Of a stretch of 64,000 nucleotides of DNA, positions 26,205-40,833 are shown piece by piece. The stretch is from Eledone cirrhosa (lineage: Eukaryota). A program made the translations under genes and the position numbers. Under the pieces are notes generated by a model that worked only from the letters and a program-made list of their open reading frames with translations, made no database searches and had not been told where the DNA came from. Numbering within the stretch: position 1 is the first letter of the stretch; every line of letters starts with the position of its first letter. The stretch lies in assembly GCA_964016885.1 (NCBI GenBank), contig OZ024747.1:44702001-44766000 (forward strand). Direction: 5' to 3'.

Positions 26205-28135
26205 TGGTAGAGGTGTTGATTGTGATGGTGGTAGTAGTAGTAGTGAGGATGTTGGTGACTATAGTAGCAGTGGACATGATGATAGTGGTTGGTGGCGGTG
26301 GTTGTGATAGTAATGGGGGTGGTGATCATAGTGGTAGTGGTGGTGGTGGTGGTGGTGGTGATAAGAATGGGGGTGGTGATCATAGTGGTAGTGGTGGTGG
26401 TGGTGGTGGTGATAAGAATGGGGGTGGTGATCATAGTGGTAGTGGTGGTGGTGGTGGTGGTGATAGTAGAGGTGTTGATTGTGATGGTGGTAGTAGTAGT
26501 AGTGAGGATGTTGGTGACTATAGTAGCAGTGGACATGATGATAGTGGTTGGTGGCGGTGGTTGTGATAGTAATGGGGGTGGTGATCATAGTGGTAGTGGT
26601 GGTGGTGGTGGTGGTGGTGATAAGAATGGGGGTGGTGATCATAGTGGTAGTGGTGGTGGTGGTGGTGGTGATAAGAATGGGGGTGGTGATCATAGTGGTA
26701 GTGGTGGTGGTGGTGGTGGTGATAGTAGAGGTGTTGATTGTGATGGTGGTAGTAGTAGTAGTGAGGATGTTGGTGACTATAGTAGCAGTGGACATGATGA
26801 TAGTGGTTGGTGGCGGTGGTTGTGATAGTAATGGGGGTGGTGATCATAGTGGTAGTGGTGGTGGTGGTGGTGGTGGTGATAAGAATGGGGGTGGTGATCA
26901 TAGTGGTAGTGGTGGTGGTGGTGGTGGTGATAAGAATGGGGGTGGTGATCATAGTGGTAGTGGTGGTGGTGGTGGTGGTGATAGTAGAGGTGTTGATTGT
27001 GATGGTGGTAGTAGTAGTAGTGAGGATGTTGGTGACTATAGTAGCAGTGGACATGATGATAGTGGTTGGTGGCGGTGGTTGTGATAGTAATGGGGGTGGT
27101 GATCATAGTGGTAGTGGTGGTGGTGGTGGTGGTGGTGATAAGAATGGGGGTGGTGATCATAGTGGTAGTGGTGGTGGTGGTGGTGGTGGTGGTGATAAGA
27201 ATGGGGGTGGTGATCATAGTGGTAGTGGTGGTGGTGGTGGTGATAAGAATGGGGGTGGTGATCATAGTGGTAGTGTTGGTGGTGGTGGTGGTGATAAGAA
27301 TGGGGGTGGTGATCATAGTGGTAGTGGTGGTGGTGGTGGTAATAAGAATGGGGTGGTGATCATAGTGGTAGTGGTGGTGGTGGTGGTGATAAGAATGGGG
27401 GTGGTGATCATAGTGGTAGTGTTGGTGGTGGTGGTGGTGATAAGAATGGGGGTGGTGATCATAGTGGTAGTGGTGGTGGTGGTGATAAGAATGGGGGTGG
27501 TGATCATAGTGGTAGTGGTGGTGGTGGTGGTAATAAGAATGGGGTGGTGATCATAGTGGTAGTGGTGGTGGTGGTGGTGATAGTGGTAGTGGTGGTGGTG
27601 GTGGTGATAGTGGTAGTAGTGGCGATAGTGGTAGTGGTGGCGGTGGCAGTGGTGGTGATAGGAATGGGGTGGTGATCATAGTGGTAGTGGTGGTGGTGGT
27701 GATAGGAATGGGGTGGTGATCATAGTGGTAGTGGTGTGGTGGTGGTGGTGGTGGTGGTGGTGGTGGTGATACTGGTGCTTGTGGTGGTGATAGTGGTGGT
27801 GGTGGTGGTGATAGTGGTGGTGGTGGTGGTGATCATAGTGGTAGTGGTGTGGTAGTGGTGGTGGTGGTGGTGATAGTGGTGGTGGTGGTGGTGATAGTGG
27901 TGGTGGTGGTGGTGGTGATAGTGGTGGTGGTGGTGGTGGTGGTGATGGTGGAGGTGATAGTGATAGTGGTGGTGGTGATGGTGGTGGTGGTGATAGTGGT
28001 AGTGGTGGTGGTGGTGGTGATGGTGGTGGTGGTCATCGTCGTTGTTGTGATAGTGGTGGCTGTGACGATGGTGGAGGTGATGGTGGAGGTGGGAGCTGAG
28101 ATGATGGTGGTGATGTTGATGATGTTGGTGATGAT
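26205..28135. repeat. GGT-rich hierarchical array: 259-bp higher-order unit (~3.5 copies) containing ~39-42-bp subunits, decaying into (GGT)n
   Basis: Identical ORF starts at 26289, 26548, 26807 and 27066 (spacing 259); subunit gataagaatgggggtggtgatcatagtggtagt(ggt)n. Confidence 0.92.
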
Positions 28136-29344
28136 AAAATTGATATTGCACCAAAAGCGATGAAGAGAAAAGTGTCAACCAATTGGTAGCAATATTAATT
28201 TGGTACAAGGGAAAGTCACACAGACTGCCTTTTGTTGTAGTTGGCCCAACATAACAAATGCATATATTTTGAGGTAAAAGTGGGTCACATCTGCCAGATT
28301 GGAGATTTAAGTGATCTGGCTTTGATAGCATTTCTTGCTTGAATGAACTCTTTGACTATAAATGTTATCCGATAGCCTCTCAGAAGTAAGTTATAAAGAA
28401 TTATCACCAAGATTAACTTTCTTCATTCTTCTAATGCAACCTTGATTTGTTCTTAATATCATTGCTCTACCATTATGGTATATCTTAAAAGAGGGAATCT
28501 AGTTCAGTCATTTTTCTTTGATGACTATATTTCCAGTCTTAAATTACCTTCGTCGATTATTATAACAAACATTAGTTGATAAAAGAAGAACTCTCTTAAA
28601 CTATGATTTATTCTGTGAATTTTACTTCCTCTTGCAGTTAATTATTCTATAGAGAATGTTCTTATGTCCTTTAAGTTTTTCTTTTAATCTCTATAATCCA
28701 CTTCTCGAATCCCTTATCTTTAATACATTTTTCTCTGTGGCAGGGCCAGTTATTTGCATTCTTTGCCTGCTGTACTGCTATTCTGAGTAAATTTTTACTC
28801 CTGCAATTCTATGTTCTTTGGGAATTCCAACAAAGATTTCAGATATTAATCTTTGATCAAAGAGGTACAAAATATTAAAAAAAAATCAAGGAATATTGTA
28901 TTATTGTTGTTGTTGTTTTTGCCCTATTTCTTTCATTATTTGGGTAAAAATTATATTAATGCTTGATGTCCTATATATGCAGATATGTATTATTTTAATG
29001 TTCTAAATATAGAGATGTGTATTTCCTTGAAATATCTATCAAAGACTGTTTTATTTATTCTAAGACCAGTGGTTGAATGTTGGGATGATAAAGGACCAAA
29101 TTAAAGATATAACACAGTTTAGATTCATTTTACTTGTTTCTAAGTTCAAATCTTGCTGTAACTGATTTGTCATTCAGTCCTCTTGATAAAATAAGCATCA
29201 ACAATTTACCAAAATGATTAAATAGTAGCATCATTCCTGCATCTTATACTTGCTGTTACCTGTGATAATGTTGTGTTGGCTGGCATTAGAAATTATTAGA
29301 GGGAAACTCCATCATTCCTTGTTGTGATGTGATTAAGCCATTAA

Positions 29345-29547
29345 CATTTAAGTTCCTCTATATTTACTATTGTATTTTCATGGTAAACCCTTTATTTCAC
29401 ATAATTATCTCACATAATATTGAATCTATGAGATTTTGATATTATTCATTTTGAGAACAATAACTTAACATAAGTATGAGTAGCTGGTTTGAACAGAAAG
29501 GAGTGAAAGAATTCTGATTGGATACAGCCGGTTTAAATGCTTAAGGG
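29345..29547. mobile_element. TTAA MITE family 1 (reverse orientation)
   Basis: TTAA flanks; reverse complement of 59911-60130. Confidence 0.75.
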
Positions 29548-30591
29548 TTAAATTTCGTGATTTTATATAAACTGTATTTATTTTTATGCAAAACTATATG
29601 TAATAAAACCAGTTATTTTATAAAATTGGAAGGCATGATGAATACAGTTCTAAGTTTACATTTAATCTACTACAAATACAGTTTGAAGGCACCGTAATAT
29701 TGAAATGGCTCCTTGTATAATTGAAAGAAATTAATATTTTATTAATTCTATTTTTGATATAAAAAATACCACATAATTCTGTCTGTTTTAAAAAGTAAAA
29801 TAATCAATAACTGTTATGAAAAGCAAGAAATAAAAAAAACCTGTAAAAACAAACAAACAATAACTATTCTAATTATCTGTGATTAGTGGTTTTATTTTCT
29901 CTGGAAACTTTGTCAATAATTCTTTTGTCTTTCTTGATATCCCGAAATTGTTGTTCATTTAAATTTTTCTGTTTCTAAACATAGAATTATAATTTGATAT
30001 CTCTGTTACTTCCCTCATCGTTTCCATTACTCCTCCTTCTTGCTCCATTACTCACCCATTTCATTTAATCTTTTCTTTACTATCCTCTCACTTCAACCAC
30101 TCAATTACACCCATCATACTCTCATTCATCTTCCCTGCTCACTCTTGCCATTACAGTTTCCTCTACTCACTTTCTCACTTTGCAGTGAACGGAGACACAC
30201 CAAAGAGTAAGAAAAACACTTCAATCTTGCACAACACAAGGCAACCTCACTAATGCTGGTGCCATGATAAAGCACACCCAGTAAAACACTGTAACATAAT
30301 TGACAAATGGATAGAGATAACATAGGGTTAAAGGGACCTGTTAGTACTGCTGAGGACATGACAGCCCCCCCCCCCCCCCAGTGTTGATGCTATGATAAAA
30401 TACACCCAGTACACTCTCTAAAGTAACTGTTGTTAGGAAAGGTATCCACGAGTAGAAATCTCATAAAAAATGGAAAGTCTGGTCTTCCAATCCATAACCT
30501 GTCCAGCTTATATCAGTATTAAAAGCAAAAGTAAAATGATGATGATGATGGTGATGATGATGTGATGATGGTGTTGGTGGTGGTGTTGGTG

Positions 30592-30623
<32 letters not shown>

Positions 30624-30771
30624 GATAATGATGGCAGTGTTGGTGATGATGATGGCAGTGGTGGTGATGATGTTAATCCGGCCAGCTTACATGCATTGTT
30701 GACAAAGAAAACTTAATTTATTATGAAGACAAAAACTCAATCTAGTACCCTTAATAGCTACTGACGTTACC

Positions 30772-32010
<1,239 letters not shown>

Positions 32011-32069
32011 CGGCCTTTCATAGGTACCACACTATGTAGTCTGGTGGTTGCTAAGAAAACAAAATTCTG

Positions 32070-32892
32070 ATGAATGGTTTGTGAGGGCTGTGCAGGATAT
32101 ATAGAGATGTTGTTAGTAATGTGTAAGTTAACAACGAGCTTAGAAAACGTGTCATAGAGGAATGGTTTGTAAGAACTGTGAACATTGCTAGATTTACCAT
32201 TGTGCTTAGGTGTGCGCTTAAGCACAGGGCTCCATTGGCCAGATATGGGCAATCTTCCTGCCCCCAAACATTTTTAAAAATTAATTTTTTACAAGTAAGA
32301 GGCCTCATAACTTAACTAGCACTTGTCCTAAATCTGGCACTGGCTGTGCAAGACATATAGAGAGATGCTGTTTAGTAATGTATGAGTTAGCAATGAGCTT
32401 AGAAAACGTGGTGTAGAGGAATGGTTTGTGAGAGCTGTGCAAGACATGTACAGCAATGCCATTGAGTAATGTGTGAGTTAGGAATGAGTTTGAGAAATCT
32501 AACATGCCAGTAGTTGTCCTGCGGAAATTAGTACTGAGAAACCCTCCAGTCTTTTATAGTTCACTATGTATAACAGAAGTGTTTAATATGACCACATAAA
32601 CTTCAGCATGCTGATTACCAGTTCTCAAAGCTGAATCTTTCAAAGAACTAAAGAAATGAAGAAATTCCAACTGTTGAAGCAAAGCCTAGAAATGGGAAGC
32701 TTTAAAGTAAACTTAACAAAGACAAACCTTTTGTAAGCATGAATGTAAAGCAGACTCTACTGCTATCTAGGTAGTGGCCATACATTAATCCACAAAAAAA
32801 TAGCTGATAGAAATTTCATGTGTACACAATGTAAACCATATATGCACAAGAGGTTTCCACGGGATTACAGGCAGTTTGACAGAGAAGATAGA
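32070..32892 (+). mobile_element. Decayed RTE-type LINE RT region with an internally repeated segment and a Cys-rich insert
   Basis: An RKRGVEEWFVRAVQDMY-like segment is repeated; downstream FKVNLTKT...CTQCK...HKR...GITGSLTEK. Confidence 0.65.
32183..32342. mobile_element. hAT-type MITE (160 bp)
   Basis: TIR CATTGCTAGATTTA / TAAATCTGGCACTG (12/14) with a degenerate 8-bp TSD actgtgaa / gctgtgca. Confidence 0.7.
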
Positions 32893-33014
32893 TATATGTG
32901 TTTGTAGGTGTGTGTATATATATATGCATATGTATATACATATATATATACACACATATATATATATATATATTTATATATATATTATTCAAAATGTTAA
33001 CAAATGATCTTTGG

Positions 33015-33059
<45 letters not shown>

Positions 33060-33489
33060 CATATGCTAGAGTTTAGAGTGTCGATATCTTCAACATTATG
33101 TAAGTCTTCCTAAAAAGAAAATGTGTTTGTATCTTTTACAAAAAAAGCAACTCTCCCACTCACCCACAAAAAAAAGCTTGCCTATTCAAATATACTAATC
33201 TACCCCACCATACCAAATAACGGCATTATATGATATTATTACTTATTTCTATATTTCTCTATTTATTCTGTTGCTAACAATTTCAAATGATTTTCTGCAA
33301 TTGTATTATTGGAAATAAAAGACATATAACTTCTGTTGAAAATTCTGGCCAAAAATATATTTGTTTGCTCACTATAACTAGTTTTTATGTGTTTGTGTTT
33401 ATTTGGCTAGCAACGCAAAAGAAAATCAAATAAGAACATATTTTCATTAATCTATCAAAGGTTCAGATAAAACAAAAAAAAACCAGGAA

Positions 33490-33678
33490 TTATAAATGTT
33501 CTACTTTTGGCACAAGGCCAGCAATTACCTTAGTGTATTACTGGTGCTTTATTTTATCAACCCTGTAAGGATGAAAGCAAAGTTAACCTCGATGGGATTT
33601 GAACTCAGAATGTAAAGGGCCATGAGTCTATGCCACAAAGCATGGTGTCTGACACTCTACCAATACTGCCAATCCACT
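33490..33678 (-). mobile_element. tRNA-SINE family A
   Basis: Full-length reverse copy. Confidence 0.85.
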
Positions 33679-34834
33679 TCTTCCTCTTTCCTTTTTATTT
33701 CAATCAAATCAGTTAATTTCAATTACATTTTGGTATTTCTCATTATTTTTGTTAATGTTTTAAAATTTTTTACTTATGTTTTTTAACATAAGTATGTTGT
33801 TTTAGATTTCTTCTTAAGAATAACTTTGTCAAATCTTACTTGTATGTCCAGAAGTTTTCCCACTTAACTATTTTATTTTGAGTATGTTTGTTTATGATTG
33901 TACTTTTTGTTTTTTATGTTTCTTGTTTGTGAAAATGTGTGTATTATTGTATGTTTTTTGTTTGTGTATAAATATATATTTTAGTTGTTTTTGTTTGCAC
34001 ACACACATATATATGTTGTTTATCTGTGTGTTTTTTCCATTTTCTTATAATTTATTTTGTGTTGTTTCGAGTATACACACGTGTGTGTGTGTGTGTGTGG
34101 GGGGGGGGGGGGGGTTCTAAGTTATAGCTTAATTCTTTCAATAAGATTATTTTTTTACCATAATTTGTTTTTTAATACTTTTCCCCCATTCTTAACATTT
34201 AGCCAACTGCCAATATTCAAGTGCCATATCAATATTTGAAACCTGTTCTGCCAAATTACAAACAACATTACTATTTTTCTGTATTGTGTTGAATAATACC
34301 AACTCTTGATATTCTAGTCCTTTCTTCTTTTTGCAAATTATTCACAACTATTACCAGCCTCCCAACAAAGATAACTGCCTGTCTTATCTCCCCCCCCCTC
34401 TCTCTCTGTATGATATATATATATACACACACACTTGTATATTAGCAAGGAAAACAGACATTAAATAATGATGAAGATGATGTATATATATGTATATAAA
34501 ACTTTCTCTTCATCTCTCTCTCGGTATTTATCTGTTTACTTTATTCATAGATGCATATATATGTGTGTGTGTGTGGGTGTATGAATAAAGTAAACATATA
34601 AACAATGCAGGGAAATGATACAGTAAAATGAAGATGTATATTTGTTTAATGCTTGATATACGTAGTGAGAAAAAAAAAGAATTTTAAACGAAAGTCCTTC
34701 ACCAGAAGATAGAGTGAGAGATAAAAGGATTATAGAAAGATACACTAGAGTATGACGAAAAAATGGAAAAAAATTTTTGGAGCGAAAACTTGTGTAGGTT
34801 TAGTCAGCGTTATATATATATATATACACACACA

Positions 34835-35090
34835 TATGGCTTAGTGGTTAGAGCATTGGGCTTGCAATCGGAAGGTTGTGAGTTCAATTCTCGGACAGGG
34901 TGATGTGTTGTTTCCTTGAGCAAGACACTTTATTTCACGTTGCTCCAGTTTACTCAGCTGTAGAAATGAGTACCGGCCTGCCCGCCCAGCCAGTGGGATG
35001 GCGTTATCTTATGGCTAAAACAGCACGATGTGCTGTGATCAGCGGCGCCGACTGGCGCCCGACAGACTGGTCAGTCAAGGGGATCAAGGT
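34835..35090 (+). mobile_element. tRNA-derived SINE family D (partial reverse copy at ~31695-31765)
   Basis: Box A tggcttagtggttagagc, box B gagttcaattc, core ccttgagcaagacactttatttcac; it sits in (TA)n. Confidence 0.75.
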
Positions 35091-35120
35091 GATATATATA
35101 TATATATATGTATGTATGTT

Positions 35121-36232
35121 GGGTCGCTCTTCAGTGCTACTGGTAACATGCAACCCAGTATAACCTGTGCCTGGTTGGGTCATTAGTGATTAAACTGGCA
35201 ACCCCACCAAGATTGTTGGTGAGGAGGGTGATTTTGGACACCCCGTGGGATGAAAAACAAAACCCGTCAAAGGGCGGAGGAACTTAGGGAAGTCAACAGC
35301 CATCCAATAAAGTTTTCTTTTTGTGGAACAAGAGACTCCTAGTCTTCATTAAGACATCTATCTGAGAGAAGGTCACTCTCATATAAAACCTGTGACTTCA
35401 TTTGCATTCAATGATGCATATCAGTTCTACTTTTGGAATAAATGCATTCCTTGGAACCTGCTGTGGAAAATTCCGATGGTCAGTTGCACGCTCCCCTGAT
35501 GTCTCTATATGAATGCCTGAATATTTGTGTTTGGATAAATGGTGCTAAATTGAAACCATCCAACGTGGCAGTTGGGCTCCACCAAAGGTGCATACTGTCA
35601 CCTCTCCTGTTCATTATTTCCATGAACAGGATTGACATGTGCAGCCGAGTTGGAAGTGGTGTCGTGACTGGCAAGTGTATAATCAATTGGCTGGAATTTG
35701 CAGTGTTTCTTTACTTGAAAGAAGGTGATTTCTGACATGTACTTGGTAGGTTTGATGCCTAGTGCTGCATAGCTGAAATGAAAATCAATACTGCAAAAAC
35801 TGAGACACTCATTCTCTCAAGGAAGCCTGATCAATGCACTCTACATGTGTATGGAGTTCCATTGAAGCAGGTAGAGAATTTCAGGTATCTCGGGACCATG
35901 TTGATGAGTGATGGAAGACAGAATGCCGAATTAAGTCCAAGAATTGCAGGAGCTGGTGCAGTAATGTGCCAGCTTCAGCATTTGGTAATCAGAAGAAGGG
36001 AGGTAGGTGTAAAAGCCAAATTCACTAGCTTTAATTCGGTATTCATACCAACCCTTACTTATGGTCATAAATCTTGGGTAATGACTGAAAGAATACAATC
36101 TCAAATACAAGTGGCTGAAATGGGGTACTTTCAAAGGGTCTGTAGAGTAATGTTACTCAATAGTGTGTAGCTCGGAGATGAGAGAGTCACTCCAGGTAGA
36201 GCCGCTACTTCTCTGAATTGCGAGACCACAGC
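35121..36232 (+). mobile_element. RTE LINE remnant (putative 5' part plus decayed RT)
   Basis: VGLHQRCILSPLLF, MKINTAKTE, FRYLG, PTLTYG. The identity of 35121-35400 as a 5' UTR is inference. Confidence 0.8.
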
Positions 36233-36839
36233 TTTTTTAAATATAAACATTTAACTCTTTACCTCCTGTACCAAATGAAAATACATTTATAATACATTTT
36301 TGAAAAGCACAAAACATGATGCATCACATTAATGATTAAATTCCTTTCTTTAATACTGCACATTTTTACATCAATCTGTTCACTGGTATAATAAATATTT
36401 TCTGATAACTCATTACAGGAGTTAAAGCAAACAGTTGTATATCATAAAACTAGGAGTAGTGTGGTGTCAAAAGAATTAATAAAAACTGTGAACTTCAGCA
36501 TTGTTAAACTAAGTCTTTTGTCATAAGACACAACAAAATCTTTGTAGCAAATTTGAACATATCAGTCACAGGCGCTAGTAATTGAATATCCCATCACACG
36601 ACTCATACCAAATTATAAATCCTTCATTAAGTGTCTTCATTCAGGCAGCAAAGATATTCTCTAGTGAATGGGATGGGGGAGTTCTTCTTTTGTCACCTTA
36701 TTCAAGATGTCATATTTTCTCACGCAGCAATAAAACACACACTCCAACACCCAGATTACAACATATTTTTTTGTAATTTTATGTATATATATATATATAT
36801 ATATACATTCATACATGTATGTATATACATACATATATA

Positions 36840-36880
<41 letters not shown>

Positions 36881-37182
36881 TACATACACAAGACACCACT
36901 CATAATATCTTTATCTCTTAGTTTTATCAAACTGCTTTCTTTTCTAAGTGCAGCATGGTTGTTTTTAGGTCAATTTTCTAGGTCAACTTATATATCTAAT
37001 TTTCTTTATAGAGGACCTAGTTTTGAGTTGCTTTAATTTTTACATACAATTTTACATAATAGACCAATAACATATAAATCTGTGACTACACTTCAGTCAA
37101 TTTCTCTTTGTGTTGTTTGCATTATTTCACTGAAACTATATCCTAGAATATTGATGATATTAATATTAATATTATTATGAAT

Positions 37183-37403
37183 AATAATTGTTTTTACTTT
37201 AGGCACAAGGCCACTAATTTTGGGGGAGGGGAAAGTCGATTAAATCGACCCAGTACGTTACTGGTACTTTATTTTATCGACCCCATAAGGATGAAAGGCA
37301 AAGCTAACCTCGGCAGTGTTTGAACTCGGAACGTAAAAGGGTGTAACTCTATGATTCACAGCATGGCATCCGATGCTCTACCAATACTGCCAATCTTCCA
37401 CCC
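37183..37403 (-). mobile_element. tRNA-SINE family A
   Basis: Reverse copy abutting (TAA)n. Confidence 0.85.
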
Positions 37404-37473
<70 letters not shown>

Positions 37474-37474
<1 letters not shown>

Positions 37475-39545
37475 TAATGAAAGACCGAATCAAGGGTAAT
37501 GATGTTACCAACTATAGACCTATCACATGTCTGCCCGTAATGTGGAAACTGTTGACGAGCATTGTGTCTGAGGAAATCTGCCATCACCTCCACACAAACA
37601 ACTTGTTACCAGACGAACAGAAAGGATGCCGAAAGAAGTCACGTGGTACAAAGGACCAGTTGCTTATTGATAAGATGGTAATGGGGAATTGCAGGAGGAG
37701 ACACACTGATCTTGCCATGGGATGGATAGACTACAGAAAGGCATTTGACATGGTGCCTCATTCCTGGATCACCAAAAGCCTGGAGGTCTTCAGGGTGGCA
37801 GATAACATCAGACAGTTGCTGGGCAGGAGTATGGGGTCCTGGGAGACAGAGTTGACATCAACTGGAGTATCCTTGGGAAGCGTGAAGATCAAGAGAGGTA
37901 TCTTCCAGGGAGATAGCCTGTCCCCTCTGTTGTTTGTCCTTGCCCTGATGCCCTTGACCATTATGCTGCGAAAAGTGAGAGCAGGATACAAGTTGGGAAG
38001 GGGAGAGCTTACCATCAATCACCTCCTCTTCATGGACGATCTTAAGCTCTTCGGGAAAAGTGAGAAGGAGTTGGATGTGCTTGTTGACACTGTCCGTATT
38101 TTCAGCAGTGATATATGTATGCAGTTTGGTATTGGTAAATGTGGAGTCATTGTGATGAAGAGGGGTAGGTTGAGCAGAAGTAACGGGATCCAGATACCAA
38201 CAGGTGAGATGATAAAGGAAATTGACTCTGAGGAAGGATACAAGTATTTGGGCGTTCTGGAGGCTGATGGCATAAAGAACAAAAAAATGAAGGAATTGTT
38301 AAGAACTGAATACATTCGAAGAGTAAGGAGCGTATTGAAGTCACATCTGAACAGCAGAAATGCCATAAGCGCAGTAAATTCCCGAGCTGTGTCTATTATT
38401 AGGTACAGTGCGGGAATTCTGAGATGGAATGTTGCTGAACAAAAAGAAATGGATAGGAAGACTAGGAAGCTATTGACTATCTACAACATGTTCCACAAGA
38501 GGAGTGATGTCGATAGACTCTACCTAAGGAGATCTGAGGGTGGAAGAGGTCTTATCAGCATAGAGGACTGTGTTCAGATGGAGAAAAACAACCTATACAA
38601 ATATGTGACCTATAGTAAGGAGCCAATGCTCAGAACTGTACTGAAGGAGGGGACAGTAGGCCAGGGGATGTCCAAGGAGGAAATAACATCAAGGAGGAAG
38701 AGCAGCCTTAAGGGAAAATCCCTTCATAGTACCTTCTTTGAGAAAACTGAATTTAGAGATCCACAGACATGGAACTGGTTGAGAAGAGGAGACCTCAAAA
38801 AGGCTACAGAAGGAATGCTAATGGCTGCGCAGGAGCAGGCCCTCAAAACGAAGTGGTTGAAGCACCATATCTACAAGGAGGAGGCTAGCCCACTGTGCAG
38901 GATCTGTGGAGAGAGAGAGGAGACTGTGGCTCACATTGTGTCCGAGTGTAAACACCTAGCCCAGACCCACTATAAGGGCTGGAGACACGATGTGATGGGC
39001 AGGGTGATCCACTGGCACCTGTGCAAAGTAAACAATCTACCACATTCTGAGAAATGGTATGAGCATAGGCCAGAGGCGGTGATGGAGAACAGTCAGGTGA
39101 AGGTGCTGTGGGATTTTAGGATACAGACGGACAAAAAACTGGAACACAATAGACCTGACCTGGTGGTTGTGGACAAAGAAAAAAGATCGTGCCTGATTGT
39201 GGATGTGGCCTGCCCGTTCGACACGAGAGTGCAAGAGAAGGAGAGGGAGAAAATTAACCGATACCAGGACCTAAAGTGGGAGGTGAAAAGGATCTGGAAC
39301 TGCCATGAAGTCAAAGTGATCCCGATTGTCATAGGCGCACTGGGGACTATCTCCAAAGGTTTCCAGGGATGGTTAAAGAAAATCGGCCCCTTCACGCTTT
39401 TTGGAACGCTTCAAAAGGCATGCTTGCTTGGAACAGCAAGAACCCTCCGATATGTCCTGAATATCTGAGGCTGCAGGTAGTGGCTTGATATTCAATCCAA
39501 CGGACTTTCCAGTTAACCAACATCAATGACTGAGATTCAAGGAAT
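37474..39545 (+). mobile_element. 5'-truncated R4/Dong-like non-LTR retrotransposon in a (TAA)n microsatellite
   Basis: (TAA)n at 37404-37473 and 39543-39570, a short 3' UTR, and the domain set of RLE-type elements. Confidence 0.88.
37477..39468 (+). CDS. Uninterrupted RT + CCHC zinc finger + restriction-like endonuclease ORF (N-terminally truncated)
   Basis: [69 protein letters not shown]. Confidence 0.9.
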   Translation: MKDRIKGNDVTNYRPITCLPVMWKLLTSIVSEEICHHLHTNNLLPDEQKGCRKKSRGTKDQLLIDKMVMGNCRRRHTDLAMGWIDYRKAFDMVPHSWITKSLEVFRVADNIRQLLGRSMGSWETELTSTGVSLGSVKIKRGIFQGDSLSPLLFVLALMPLTIMLRKVRAGYKLGRGELTINHLLFMDDLKLFGKSEKELDVLVDTVRIFSSDICMQFGIGKCGVIVMKRGRLSRSNGIQIPTGEMIKEIDSEEGYKYLGVLEADGIKNKKMKELLRTEYIRRVRSVLKSHLNSRNAISAVNSRAVSIIRYSAGILRWNVAEQKEMDRKTRKLLTIYNMFHKRSDVDRLYLRRSEGGRGLISIEDCVQMEKNNLYKYVTYSKEPMLRTVLKEGTVGQGMSKEEITSRRKSSLKGKSLHSTFFEKTEFRDPQTWNWLRRGDLKKATEGMLMAAQEQALKTKWLKHHIYKEEASPLCRICGEREETVAHIVSECKHLAQTHYKGWRHDVMGRVIHWHLCKVNNLPHSEKWYEHRPEAVMENSQVKVLWDFRIQTDKKLEHNRPDLVVVDKEKRSCLIVDVACPFDTRVQEKEREKINRYQDLKWEVKRIWNCHEVKVIPIVIGALGTISKGFQGWLKKIGPFTLFGTLQKACLLGTARTLRYVLNI

Positions 39546-39570
39546 AACAATAACAATAATAATAATAATA

Positions 39571-39917
39571 AAAGGACCTGGAGATAGAAATTGGAAAAAT
39601 GTGGAAATTGAGAACTAAAACAATACCAGTGGTTGTAGGCGCTCTGGAATGATACCTAAGGGGTCTAATGACTACTTATCGCAAATCCCAGGAAACCCGC
39701 GTATAGGAGAAATACAAAAGATAGTACTAATGGGAACTGCCCATATACTAAGGAAGATTCTGTCAATATAAGTACATCACAAGTCTAAACACCTAAAGAT
39801 GCATGTGTGAATATGTATGTTCTTTCTTGAACATGGCGGACCTTGTTGTCTCTTGAGGTCACTGGTTGTGACTTGGTGATAACTCGTATGAACATAAAGC
39901 AAGATAAATGCAACTGT
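39571..39917 (+). mobile_element. 3' fragment of a second R4/Dong-like family
   Basis: KDLEIEIGKMW...IPVVVGAL...IQKIVLMGTAHILRKILSI*, followed by a UTR and (TAA)n. Confidence 0.8.
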
Positions 39918-39940
39918 AATAATAATAATAATAATAATGA

Positions 39941-40205
39941 TTTTTTTATTGGCCACAAGGGCTGATATCAAGAAAAACATTACAGATGGCACAGGATGGT
40001 ACGATGTGGGTTTTGTGCGTGTAAATATTTTTATTATTTATATAAGAAAAGAAAAAAAAGACATAGAAACATATATATAAACAATAAAAATGAAAATTGA
40101 AACAATGAAAAATTCCCCAATAGGGGGGGAAACCTCCGAGGGTTACTCGTGGCGAAAACCACACAAAAGACCACGGCCACCCTGGGTGCACGATAGGGGT
40201 AGCTG
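39941..40205 (-). mobile_element. Probable LINE 3' UTR with poly(A)
   Basis: The minus strand ends ...gcccttgtggccaataaaaaaa after a T-rich tract. Confidence 0.45.
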
Positions 40206-40801
40206 AATTTATTTTATTCTTTAGGTCTCTCACTTCTCTCTCTGGATTTTACCTGTACTTCAAAAATACAGTCTTGTCACATTGTGTCAGGTAGATTCTC
40301 CAGAAAATTACATTAATGGCAAATATGCTTGTGGAATACTCAGCCACTCACTCTTTAATTTCACTATCAGAAATTGTATTTATTGAACAACTAAATGTTA
40401 TTCATCAAACTACTTCAGGGCCTCTCTGTTGAGAGGAAAGGTAGAACAAGTTATCCTCAAACTGAAACTTGAAAAAGTATAAATGCCACTAAAGTAACAT
40501 AAGGGCCAGAATGAGGTGTTACACTAGGTGATTAACAGTCAAATCCATTAACCCCTTCTGTTTTAAAGTTTTCACATCTAAATTAAATCTTCTCTAATAA
40601 ATGTATGCAAAAGTATTTTATTAAGTTATATTCCAAACATCAATTTGATAATGACAACATTAGTTACATTATTACATTCCTCAAAATTCTTTGATTTTGT
40701 TCATTCCCCTGTGGCGAGGGAAAAAAAGCATATGAGATAATTTGTTTTTGGCAGACATGTAAATAAATAAGAATTTAAGGCTATATATATATATATATAA
40801 A

Positions 40802-40833
<32 letters not shown>

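Noticed and set aside
25976-28163. His/Thr/Gly/Val-rich ORFs
   Set aside because: They arise from the GGT array, and the 259-bp unit is not a multiple of 3.
34837-34900. tRNA gene
   Set aside because: A and B boxes are present, but there is no complete cloverleaf and it continues into a SINE body. The same applies to the family-A heads.
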